Positions 14,686 through 22,654 of a DNA stretch of 32,000 nucleotides are shown piece after piece. Source of the stretch: Phycisphaera mikurensis NBRC 102666 (GTDB taxonomy: Bacteria > Planctomycetota > Phycisphaerae > Phycisphaerales > Phycisphaeraceae); contig NC_017080.1 of NCBI RefSeq assembly GCF_000284115.1, positions 2,580,001-2,612,000 on the forward strand, given 5' to 3'. How positions within the stretch are numbered: position 1 is the first letter of the stretch; each line of letters starts with the position of its first letter. The notes below the pieces were generated by a model. The model searched no databases and was not told where the DNA came from. It saw only the letters and a program-made list of their open reading frames with translations. Made by a program: the position numbers and the translations under genes.

Positions 14686-16287
14686 ATGGAACCCGTCGCC
14701 CCTGCTCAAAGCACCCGGAACGCGGAGATCCCGCCGAGCCTGGCCGAGGCGACCGGCCTGCTCGCGCTCGACACCATCGGCGAGGGTGTCGGCATGGTGG
14801 AGGCCGGCGGCCGCCTCGCCTGGGCCAACGCCACCCTCCGCGGCTGCTCGCCGAGCCTCCGCGAGCACGTCCTTCGCGTGAGCGGCCAGGCCATCCACAT
14901 CTTCAACACGCAGTGGGGCGGCGTCAACGGCGGCTCCGGCGGGATGCCGCGGGGCAAGAAGTTCACGGTGCAGGACGGCGAGCGCTTCTTCGAGGTCATC
15001 TGCTCTCCGGTGGACGAGTCCGCCGCCGAGCGCTTCGGCATCGACGCCCCCCGGGCCGACGCCGAGGAGGCGGCGGGCCCGGTCCGCCGGGTCGTCTCGA
15101 TGGTCTGGGACGCCACCAGCGGCAAGCGCCTGCAGGGGCGGATCGACGCCATCGACGCCTCCGGCCGCGAGCTCGCCCGCATCGACAACGAGGCGGTCTC
15201 GAAGCTGCGGCCGGCCGAGCGGCTCAAGCTGCTGCAGGACAAGATCATCGGTTACAGCAAAGAGCTGATGCAATTTGATCACTTCACCATCCGCCTGCTC
15301 GACAAGCGCACGCGGGCGCTGGAGGTGGTGATCGCCGAGGGCCTGCCGCGGGAGGCGCTGGAGATCGACCTCTACGCGCGGCCCGAGGGCAACGGCATCT
15401 CGGGCTACGTCGCCGCGACCGGCCGCAGCTACATCTGCCACGACGTCGAGAAGGATCCGCGCTACGTGCTCGGGCTCACGCACTCCAAGAGCTCGCTGAC
15501 CGTGCCGCTGAACCTCTTCGGCGAGATCGTCGGCGTCTACAACATCGAGAGCGAGACCGCGGGCAGCTTCGACGACGAAGATCGGCAGTTCGCCGAGATC
15601 TTCGCGCGCTACGTCGCGCTCGCCTTGAACATCCTCGACCTGCTCGTGGTCGAGCGGCACTCCACCAGCACCACGCTCACCCGCGGTGTCGCCTCCGAGC
15701 TGCAGCAGCCGCTCGACGCGATCCTCGCGGAGGCGGAGGCGCTGCGGGCCGAGACCGTCGCCGACGGCGGCCACTGCCTCGCCCGCATCGACGAGCACGT
15801 CGCCAAGGTCCGCCGAGTGCTGCACGACCTGGAGAGCGGCCCCAACCGCGTGCTGGGCGAGGCGGACGACGCCCGCGACGCCTCCCCGCAGGACGATCGT
15901 TTCACCGGCAAGAGGGTGCTCGTGGCCGATGACGAGCCGAACATCCGCCGCGTGGTCAAGGAGGTGCTGACCCGCCGGGGCTGCGAGGTGCAGTGCGCCA
16001 AGGACGGGTACGAGGCCTGCATGCTGCTCGAGCAAGGCGGCAACGAGCTGGACCTGGTGATCTCCGACATCAAGATGCCCTACCGCAACGGGTACGAGAT
16101 CTACGCCGCCGCGCAGCGTGCCCGCGATGGCCTGCCGGTGCTGCTGATGACCGGCTTCGGCTACGACCCGCACCACAGCGTCGTCCGCGCCTCGCAGGAC
16201 GGGCTCGCCGGCGTGCTCTTCAAGCCCTTCAAGGTCGACGCCTTCCTCGAGGAGGTCGCCGGCGCCGTCGCCCCGGCCAGCGCCTGA
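14686..16287 (+). CDS. PAS-like/GAF domain signalling protein with a His-less DHp-like helix and a C-terminal receiver (REC) domain
   Basis: Track ORF 14566..16287; ATG at 14686 preferred. GAF-like core: FDHFTIRLLD...GISGYVAATGRSYICHDVEKDPRYV...SSLTVPLNLFGEIVGVYNIES. H-box-like ASELQQPL (15691-15714) has Ser where the phospho-His is expected. REC: KRVLVADDEP...DLVISDIKMP (Asp codon 16066-16068)...LLMTGFG...LFKPFK. No HATPase_c motifs. Confidence 0.8.
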   Translation: MEPVAPAQSTRNAEIPPSLAEATGLLALDTIGEGVGMVEAGGRLAWANATLRGCSPSLREHVLRVSGQAIHIFNTQWGGVNGGSGGMPRGKKFTVQDGERFFEVICSPVDESAAERFGIDAPRADAEEAAGPVRRVVSMVWDATSGKRLQGRIDAIDASGRELARIDNEAVSKLRPAERLKLLQDKIIGYSKELMQFDHFTIRLLDKRTRALEVVIAEGLPREALEIDLYARPEGNGISGYVAATGRSYICHDVEKDPRYVLGLTHSKSSLTVPLNLFGEIVGVYNIESETAGSFDDEDRQFAEIFARYVALALNILDLLVVERHSTSTTLTRGVASELQQPLDAILAEAEALRAETVADGGHCLARIDEHVAKVRRVLHDLESGPNRVLGEADDARDASPQDDRFTGKRVLVADDEPNIRRVVKEVLTRRGCEVQCAKDGYEACMLLEQGGNELDLVISDIKMPYRNGYEIYAAAQRARDGLPVLLMTGFGYDPHHSVVRASQDGLAGVLFKPFKVDAFLEEVAGAVAPASA

Positions 16288-16452
16288 ACCGGCGACGCCC
16301 GGGTCGCGCTGCGCCCGGACCGCCGCCGGCCTGCGCCCGGCGCGTGACGCCACGCGGCGCGCGGGCGCGTTGCTGCGCGACCGCCCGGCCTGCGGGCCCC
16401 AAGCCGCCACGTTCGGTGCGGTGGGACGGCGGCTCGAGCCGGATGCGGTGTG

Positions 16453-16616
16453 CTAGAGCATCGTGCGTAATTTTCCGATCGGCCTGCGTCCGCGCGTCGT
16501 GTTCCTCGTGAGGAGGCGAAGCAGCCCTGCCCCGGCAGGGCGATGCAGCCGACGAAGCGAGGGGCATGACTCGCCCGCAGAGGCGATCGGAAAATTGCGC
16601 ACGGTGCGCTAGAGCA
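16453..16616 (+). repeat. MITE-like hairpin element, family 2, copy C (152-nt body at 16457-16608 flanked by CTAG)
   Basis: CTAG at 16453-16456 and 16609-16612. Terminal inverted repeats match 17/20 by hand. Long imperfect hairpin with arms GTAATTTTCCGATCGG / CGATCGGAAAATTGC. The core GGCGAAGCAGCCCTGCCCCGGCAGGGCGATGCAGCCGACGAAGCG is shared with 29948-30116. Confidence 0.65.
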
Positions 16617-18066
16617 CCGTGGCGCCGTCCTCAGGGCGGCGTGAAGCCGCGGCCTGCTTCTCGATCTCGCCGACGTTGCTGGCGAGGTCGCCCTCGGCGG
16701 CGGTGGCGTGGGCGGTCTCGTTGGGCGCCTCCTCGTTCCGCGGACCGGCGGCCTCCGCGGCCGCGGTCCCCGTCCCGCCGGGATCGGCCGCCGACGGTCC
16801 GCGGGCGTCGGCGTCGGCGTCGGCGTCGAGTTGCCGCACCGGCACGCCGTCGGGGAAGATGACCTCGCGGGCGTCGTCGGGCATCGAGATCCCGGCCCGC
16901 TCCAGGGCCCGGATCGCCAGCCGCATGACCGCCGAGAGCACCTTGAGCTTGTCGTGCCGGCCGCCGTCGACCCAGAAGTAGACCCGCAGGTTGATCGTCG
17001 AGCTTGCCAGTGCCTCCACCAGCACCTTCGCCGTCGGGTCGTCCAGCACGGCGGGGTGCTCCTCGAGCACGCGCAGGATCGTGTCCTGCGCCAGCCCGAT
17101 GCCCGCGTCGTAGCCGATCCCCACGCCGAACTCCGCCCGCACCTTCGGATTCGCGGTGAAGTTCACGATCGTGTTCTTGTAGACCGTGCTGTTGGCGATC
17201 TGGATGTGGTTCCCGTCGAAGTCCACCAGCGTGGTGCCGCGCGTCGTCACCGCCTGCACCACGCCCGTGTGGCCGTCGACGCGGATCACGTCGTTGAGCC
17301 GGAAGGGCTTCTGCACGCTGATCAGCAGGCTCGCCAGGAAGTTCTCGGCGATGTCGCGGAAGGCGAAGCCGACGACCAGCCCCAGGAGGCCCGTGCCGCT
17401 GATGAGCCCCAACGCGATCCGCGTGAGCCCGGTGATGCGGAGGAAGAGGTAGAGCCCCGCGATGAGCACCAGCGTGTAGACGACTTTCCGCAGCACGTTG
17501 CGGACCAGCTCGGAGTCGGTGAAGCGGTAGAGCGGCCGGGCGAGCAAGCCGGAGATCCCGCTCGCGGCGAGCACCGTCAGCGTGAGCAGCACCGCCGCGA
17601 TCGCGAGCAGCGGCAGCAGGCGGACCGCCTCGCGGCCCAGCGACCGCAGCTCCTTCTGCGCCGGCTGCGTGTCCCACCAAGGCCCCTCGTCCACCTGGAT
17701 CTCGTTGACGACGGCGACGGCGTCCTTTGTCCGACGCACGAGGTCGCCGGCGAGCGTCTTCATCTCCTTCTCGGCCGTGGTGCCACGCAGGAACACCACG
17801 CCCTCGGCCACGCTCACGTCGAGGTTCTCGAACTTGCCCGTCGCGGTGAGGATGTCGTAGAGCCGCTGAGCGATGTCCACGTCCTCGGACACCGGCTCCA
17901 CCGCGACCTCCGACCCGCTCGCCTCGGGCGCCGCCTCGTCGGGCTCGCCCACGATCGCCTCGGTGACGGGATCGTCGGCGGGCGCGGCCGGTGCGTCCTG
18001 GCCCCACGCGGGCAGCGCCGCCGCCCAGATGAGACACCCCACCGCCATCCACCGCACCCGAGCCAT
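16609..18066 (-). CDS. Mechanosensitive ion channel (MscS family) with N-terminal periplasmic BON domain
   Basis: 485 aa with an ATG start. Signal peptide MARVRWMAVGCLIWAAALPAWGQD. BON-like segment: IAQRLYDIL...LDVSVAEGVVFLRGTTAEKEMKTLAGDLVRRTKDAVAVVNEIQV. MscS core: ISGTGLLGLVVGFAFRDIAENFLASLLISVQKPFRLNDVIRVDGHTGVVQAVTTRGTTLVDFDGNHIQIANSTV. Confidence 0.88.
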   Translation of the reverse strand: MARVRWMAVGCLIWAAALPAWGQDAPAAPADDPVTEAIVGEPDEAAPEASGSEVAVEPVSEDVDIAQRLYDILTATGKFENLDVSVAEGVVFLRGTTAEKEMKTLAGDLVRRTKDAVAVVNEIQVDEGPWWDTQPAQKELRSLGREAVRLLPLLAIAAVLLTLTVLAASGISGLLARPLYRFTDSELVRNVLRKVVYTLVLIAGLYLFLRITGLTRIALGLISGTGLLGLVVGFAFRDIAENFLASLLISVQKPFRLNDVIRVDGHTGVVQAVTTRGTTLVDFDGNHIQIANSTVYKNTIVNFTANPKVRAEFGVGIGYDAGIGLAQDTILRVLEEHPAVLDDPTAKVLVEALASSTINLRVYFWVDGGRHDKLKVLSAVMRLAIRALERAGISMPDDAREVIFPDGVPVRQLDADADADARGPSAADPGGTGTAAAEAAGPRNEEAPNETAHATAAEGDLASNVGEIEKQAAASRRPEDGATVL

Positions 18067-18113
18067 CCACCGACGCTAGCAAGCGGCCGGCCGGGAATCG
18101 TCCGCCCCACGGG

Positions 18114-19151
18114 TCAATCTGCGGAGCGCCGCCGCCCCAGCAGCAGCGCCCCCGCCCCCAGCAGCGCCGCCGACGCCGGCTCGGGCACCGCCGCGTACGC
18201 GAAGACGTTCAGCGCCAGCTGGCGGTTGTCGAGGCGGTCGATGTCCGTGCCCGCGCCGTTGCGGTTGAAGAACGTGTTGCGATCGAACAGCCCCACCACC
18301 CGGCCCGCGCCCGCCTGCGCCGCCAGCAGCACCGCGTCCTCGGCCGTCGCCGGCGTCGCCGGGCCCCGCTGGTTGGCGCCGAAGGGCCCGCGGTTGCGGC
18401 GGACGCTGCCCTCGGCCGTCGCCAGCACCTCCACCGTCACGCCCGCCGCCGCGGCCGCGGCGGCGTCCACCGTGATCGGCGTCACGCCCTCGCCGTCGAA
18501 GCGGTCCACCCCCCGAAGCAGCGGGTGGTCGGGCAGCAGGAACTCGCCCGCGGCCTGCTCGATCGCGTACGTGCCCCGGTCCTGATTCACCACGAGGCCG
18601 AAGCGGTCCAGGAAGGGCTGGTCGGAGTCGCTCGCGTCGGCCCAGTCGCTGCCGAAGTTCGCATCGCTGATGAAGATCGCCCCGCCGCCGCCCCGGACGA
18701 AGCTCTCCAGCGCGTCCACCTGCGCCGGGCTGTAGCGGGCATTGTTCGAGCCCATCACCACCACGTCGTAGCCGTCCAGCGAGAACGCCCCGCCGAAGTC
18801 CACCGCCACCCCGTCCGTCGGCCCGTTCGGCTTGCCCGGCTCCACCGACTCCTTCACCTGGCTCACCTGGTAGCCCGCCCCGCGGAGCGTCTCCGCCAGC
18901 TCGAACCAACCGTGGTTGCCCCCGAAGGTTGCCTGGTTGTCGACGTCCGCCAGCTGCTCGGTCCGCTCGGAATCGTCGCCCGCCTCCAGGAAGCCCCCGC
19001 TGCGGTCCGCCCCGCGCACGAACAGCACGCTCTTGGCCGCCGCGGGCGGAGCGAGCGCGGCGGGCACCGCGAGCACGGCCGCGGAGCAAAGCGAACGCAC
19101 CCGCAGCAGGCGGGCGCTGCCATGAGCACGAGCGGGAGCGAGTCGGGCCAT
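18114..19151 (-). CDS. PEP-CTERM sorting-domain protein with a DUF4350/ThuA-like (class-I glutamine-amidotransferase-fold-like) domain
   Basis: C-terminal 345 codons of track ORF 18114..21419, from the ATG at 19151 (MARLAPARAHGSARLL...signal). The C-terminus, VPEPASAALLGAGALLLGRRRSAD, is a PEP-CTERM motif plus TM helix plus basic tail. The body (YDVVVMGSNNARYSPAQVDALESFVRGGGGAIFISD) resembles DUF4350/ThuA-type folds. Confidence 0.75.
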   Translation of the reverse strand: MARLAPARAHGSARLLRVRSLCSAAVLAVPAALAPPAAAKSVLFVRGADRSGGFLEAGDDSERTEQLADVDNQATFGGNHGWFELAETLRGAGYQVSQVKESVEPGKPNGPTDGVAVDFGGAFSLDGYDVVVMGSNNARYSPAQVDALESFVRGGGGAIFISDANFGSDWADASDSDQPFLDRFGLVVNQDRGTYAIEQAAGEFLLPDHPLLRGVDRFDGEGVTPITVDAAAAAAAGVTVEVLATAEGSVRRNRGPFGANQRGPATPATAEDAVLLAAQAGAGRVVGLFDRNTFFNRNGAGTDIDRLDNRQLALNVFAYAAVPEPASAALLGAGALLLGRRRSAD

Positions 19152-19419
19152 CGGGTTCACCGTGCGAGGAAGCTGCGGGTGGGCGATGCGGACGCCGGCT
19201 CGATCGTACCCGCGCCCGGTCCCGAAGGGGCTCCGGCCGCGATGCGCAGGCTCGACTCGGCAGTGGCGGCGGCCGTCACCTCGGGAAAGGCGAGCCGGGC
19301 GGCCTGCTGCTCCGCGTTCGCCGCTCGGCCGCGCGTCGTCGGCGTGCCTGCCGGCCTCGTGGCGGCGTCGCTGGACGAGGCGAGGGAGACCGAACGGGCC
19401 GAGCGGGAGAGCGCGCCAC

Positions 19420-19522
19420 GTGCCACGCCTCTGGGGGGGGAAAGCGCCAGCACCTCCCGCGCGCCCCACCCCGCAAGCGGCTTGGCACCCGGGCAGGACA
19501 CGCCCGCCGGGTGCCACGCGCC
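19420..19522 (-). repeat. Palindromic interspersed repeat, family 1, copy B (inverted relative to copy A)
   Basis: The reverse complement of 19420-19495 aligns with 6348-6430 (TGCCCGGGTGCCA[C/A]GCCGC[C/T]TGCGGGGTGG...GGCGTGGCAC). 19497-19522 is the reverse complement of the 6538-6561 module. It lies between the recG stop (19523) and the PEP-CTERM gene start (19151). Confidence 0.7.
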
Positions 19523-21748
19523 TCATCCCACCTCCACGAGGTTCAGCTCGCCGCGGTGGCTCTGGCGGAGGACGCGGCGGAGCAGGGCGTGCCCGTCGGC
19601 GGCGAGCTCGGGATCGGCTTCGACGATCTGCTGGGCGTCCCGCCGGGCGAGCAGGAGCAGCTCGGTGTCCTCGGGCAGCCGCGCGACTCTGAGCGTGGCG
19701 GCGCCGGCCTGACGGGTGCCGAAGAACTCGCCCATGCCGCGGATGGTCAGGTCGGCCTCGGCGATCTTGAACCCATCCGCGGTGGCGGCCAGGGCGGCCA
19801 GCCGCTCCTTCGCCTCGTCGGTCCGGGGGTTCGCGAGGAACACGCACAGCGGCTTGCCGCCGGAGGCGGTGCCGGCGCCGCGGCCGATGCGGCCGCGGAG
19901 CTGGTGCAGCTGGCTGAGGCCGAAGCGGTCGGCGTGCTCGATGATCATGACGGCGGCGTTGGGCACGTCGACGCCGACCTCGATCACGGTGGTCGCCAGC
20001 AGCACGTCGGACCGGTGCCGACGGAAAGCCGCCATCACCTCCCGCCGTTCCTCGGGCTTGAGCCGCCCGTGAACGACCGCGATGCGCCGGCCCGGGAGCA
20101 GCTCCGCGAGCTCGTGCTGGAACTCCTCGACGTTCTTGAGCACGGGAGCATCGGGATCGGGATGCTCGCCGGGTTCGATTGACGGGACGACCACGTACAC
20201 CTGCTCGCCCGCGGCGATGCGCTTCTCCGCGTAGGCGTAGACGTCGGCGGCTTTGGCCGGGTCGACGACGCGGCTGGCGACGGGGATGCGGCCGGGCGGC
20301 AGCTCGTCGATCGTCGAGACGTCCAGGTCGCCGAGCAGCGTGAGCGAGAGCGTGCGCGGGATGGGCGTCGCGGTCATCACCAGGACGTGCGGGCTCTCGT
20401 TCCCGGCGCTGCGGAGCGCCGCCCGCTGGCGGACACCGAAGCGGTGCTGCTCGTCGATCACGGCGAGGCCGAGGTCGCGGAAGGCGAGCTTCTCGGAGAG
20501 CAGCGCGTGCGTGCCGACGACCACATCCACCCTCCGGGAGGGATCGTTGCCATCGAGGGTGCGGCCGGCGACGGCTTCGACGTCCTGGCGGCGGTGGGCG
20601 GTGACGAGGCCGACGCGGACGCCGGTGCCTTCCAACATCTTCTCGATCGCCTGGTGGTGCTGTTCGGCGAGCAGCGCGGTCGGTGCCATGAGCGCGGCCT
20701 GCTTGCCGGCGGCCTGGGCGATGAGCATCGCGTGCAGGGCCACGGCGGTCTTGCCGGCACCGACGTCGCCCTGCAGGAGCCGGTTCATCGGGAACGGGCG
20801 GGCGAGATCGGCGGTGATCTCGGCGGTCACCCGCTTCTGCGCCGCCGTCATCTCGAAGGGCAGCAGCTCGGCGATGCCCTCGAGCAGCGCGGCGCTGGCG
20901 ACCAGGCGCGGGGCCCTGAGCTTCAGCCGCGTGTGGGCCCGCTTCACCGCGACGCCGAGCTGGAGCACGAGCAGCTCGTTGAAGGCGAGCCGGCGGCGGG
21001 CGCCGGCGATCTCGTCGCGGTCGGCGGGCGCGTGGATCCGCCGGTACGCCTCGGCGAGCGTCGGCATCCGGTGGTGCTCGACGATCGCCGGCGGCACGGG
21101 GTCTTCGATCTGATCGACGACGGCCTCGACGGCTCGCTCGATGAGCGAAGCGAGGCGGTCGGAAGGGATCCTCTCGGTCGCCGGGTAGACAGGACGCAGC
21201 CGCGGGGCATCGCCGTCCGCCGATTCCGCGGACCGTGGCGAGAATAGGCCGTTTCCGGCCGCGGTCCGCGGAATCGTCGGCTCGCCACCCCCCTCGTCCT
21301 CGTCCTCGTCTGCCAGCGTCGCCCACTTCGGGCCGGTCATCTGCAGGTACGGGCCGTAGCGCTTGATCTTGCCCTGCACGCGCACGCGGGTGCCCGCGGG
21401 CAGCTTGCCGCGCATCCACGCGGCGTTGAACCAGGTGAGCTTGATCGTGCCGGTGGAGTCCGAAAGCGTCGCCTCGAAGCGGCCCTTGCGGCCGTGGCCC
21501 ACGCTGCGGCAGGCGTCGACGACGCCCTCCGCCGAGGCGACCGCGCCCTCGGGCACGTCCGCGAGCGACGCGATCGTCTCGGTCGCGTGCTCGTCCTCGT
21601 GCCGGTGCGGCAGGTGGCGGATGAGGTCCGAGAGCGTGCGCAGCCCCATCTGCTCGAGTGCGCCGGCCAGGTGCGGGCCCACGCCGCGGAGGGCGCTGAC
21701 GGGGGTGGAGAGCGTCCAGCCCGTCGCGTTGTCAGTCGTCTCTGCCAT
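19523..21748 (-). CDS. recG: ATP-dependent DNA helicase RecG
   Basis: Track ORF 19523..21805; ATG at 21748 (MAETTDNATGW...). Wedge/OB region, helicase motif I LLQGDVGAGKT, motif II VIDEQHRFG, LVMTATPIPRTL, then TTVIEVGVDVPNA and LHQLRGRIGRG. Confidence 0.93.
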   Translation of the reverse strand: MAETTDNATGWTLSTPVSALRGVGPHLAGALEQMGLRTLSDLIRHLPHRHEDEHATETIASLADVPEGAVASAEGVVDACRSVGHGRKGRFEATLSDSTGTIKLTWFNAAWMRGKLPAGTRVRVQGKIKRYGPYLQMTGPKWATLADEDEDEGGGEPTIPRTAAGNGLFSPRSAESADGDAPRLRPVYPATERIPSDRLASLIERAVEAVVDQIEDPVPPAIVEHHRMPTLAEAYRRIHAPADRDEIAGARRRLAFNELLVLQLGVAVKRAHTRLKLRAPRLVASAALLEGIAELLPFEMTAAQKRVTAEITADLARPFPMNRLLQGDVGAGKTAVALHAMLIAQAAGKQAALMAPTALLAEQHHQAIEKMLEGTGVRVGLVTAHRRQDVEAVAGRTLDGNDPSRRVDVVVGTHALLSEKLAFRDLGLAVIDEQHRFGVRQRAALRSAGNESPHVLVMTATPIPRTLSLTLLGDLDVSTIDELPPGRIPVASRVVDPAKAADVYAYAEKRIAAGEQVYVVVPSIEPGEHPDPDAPVLKNVEEFQHELAELLPGRRIAVVHGRLKPEERREVMAAFRRHRSDVLLATTVIEVGVDVPNAAVMIIEHADRFGLSQLHQLRGRIGRGAGTASGGKPLCVFLANPRTDEAKERLAALAATADGFKIAEADLTIRGMGEFFGTRQAGAATLRVARLPEDTELLLLARRDAQQIVEADPELAADGHALLRRVLRQSHRGELNLVEVG

Positions 21749-21824
21749 GGGAACGTGGGACACGCGTAGGGCAGGTGGCGCTGCCGCCGCCTGCGGCGAC
21801 GGCATGGCAGGTCGCCGACCTGCC

Positions 21825-22616
21825 CTAAGGGGTGCGGCTTGTCAGCGCATCCGCCTTCTCCAGGAACGGCTTCACCCGCGCGTGGGTGAGCAACACGAGC
21901 GGGCTCATGAGGACGGTGCCCAGCGCGAAGTGGTCGGCGCCGGCGGCGGCGTAGCCGTCCAGGTCGGCGGCGTCCTGGATCCCGCCGCCGCCGATGAGCG
22001 TCAGGGCGTCGCCGCCGGGCAGGGCGCGGAGCTTCTCGATCGCCTCCAGCGACAGCGGCATGAGCGGCCGGCCGCTCATGCCGCCGCCCTTCACCGGCAG
22101 CGTGTTGCAGCAGTGGAAAGCGCGGAGGCCGGCGTCGAGTGCCGCTTCGGCCATCGGCCGGAAGCGCAGCGGCGGGAGCTTGACGACGACCGGGACGCCG
22201 CACGCCGCGGCCCGCTGGAACAGCCCGGCGGGCGGCTCCTGATGAGCGACGTTGGGGCAGCTCATGTTCAGCTCGAGGCCCAGCGGCTCCAGCGCTGCGC
22301 CGCGGTCGACCAGCTCCGCCCACTCGCCGTCGTCGAAGCCGTGCACGCTGACGAGCTTGTCCGCGAGGCCGCGGCCGCGGGCCGCTCGGCCCTCCAGCCA
22401 AGCGATCCCGGGGTTCCGAAGCCCGATCCGGTTCACCCACGCCCCGAGCTTCGGGTACGGCCGCACCGTCCGAAGGATCGCCCCGACGCGGCCGCGACGC
22501 CGCGCGAGCGTGAAGGTCCCCATCGTCGGCGTCGTGCCCGCGGGCTGCACGTAGTTCCCAAACGGCGCCGAAACCACGACGCGACGCAAGCCAGGAACAG
22601 CGGGGGCACGCGGCAC
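21825..22616 (-). CDS. Dihydroorotate dehydrogenase (class 1)-like flavoprotein
   Basis: 263 aa with a GTG start. Motifs: NRIGLRNPG, LELNMSCPN (active-site Cys loop), VVVKLPP, GGMSGRPL, LIGGGGI, GADHFALGT. It is shorter than canonical PyrD, so the function assignment is tentative. Confidence 0.65.
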   Translation of the reverse strand: MPRAPAVPGLRRVVVSAPFGNYVQPAGTTPTMGTFTLARRRGRVGAILRTVRPYPKLGAWVNRIGLRNPGIAWLEGRAARGRGLADKLVSVHGFDDGEWAELVDRGAALEPLGLELNMSCPNVAHQEPPAGLFQRAAACGVPVVVKLPPLRFRPMAEAALDAGLRAFHCCNTLPVKGGGMSGRPLMPLSLEAIEKLRALPGGDALTLIGGGGIQDAADLDGYAAAGADHFALGTVLMSPLVLLTHARVKPFLEKADALTSRTP

Positions 22617-22654
22617 GGCCCGAGCCTAAGAGAGCCGCGGGGCGGGCAGCCCCG

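Noticed and set aside
11640-18585. Long antisense ORFs over ilvD (11640..13886), the prenyl synthase (13288..14595), the GAF-REC gene (14614..16410) and mscS (16708..18585), plus 28298..30298 over argS
   Set aside because: Each is opposite a gene with unambiguous family motifs, and each has the Arg/Gly/Asp/Val/His-rich composition of antisense translation of GC3-rich codons.
19152-21419. Track ORF 18114..21419 (1101 aa) as one gene
   Set aside because: Beyond the ATG at 19151 the frame crosses an intergenic repeat and then runs out of frame through recG. The sequence there is Arg/Pro/Gly/Ala junk.
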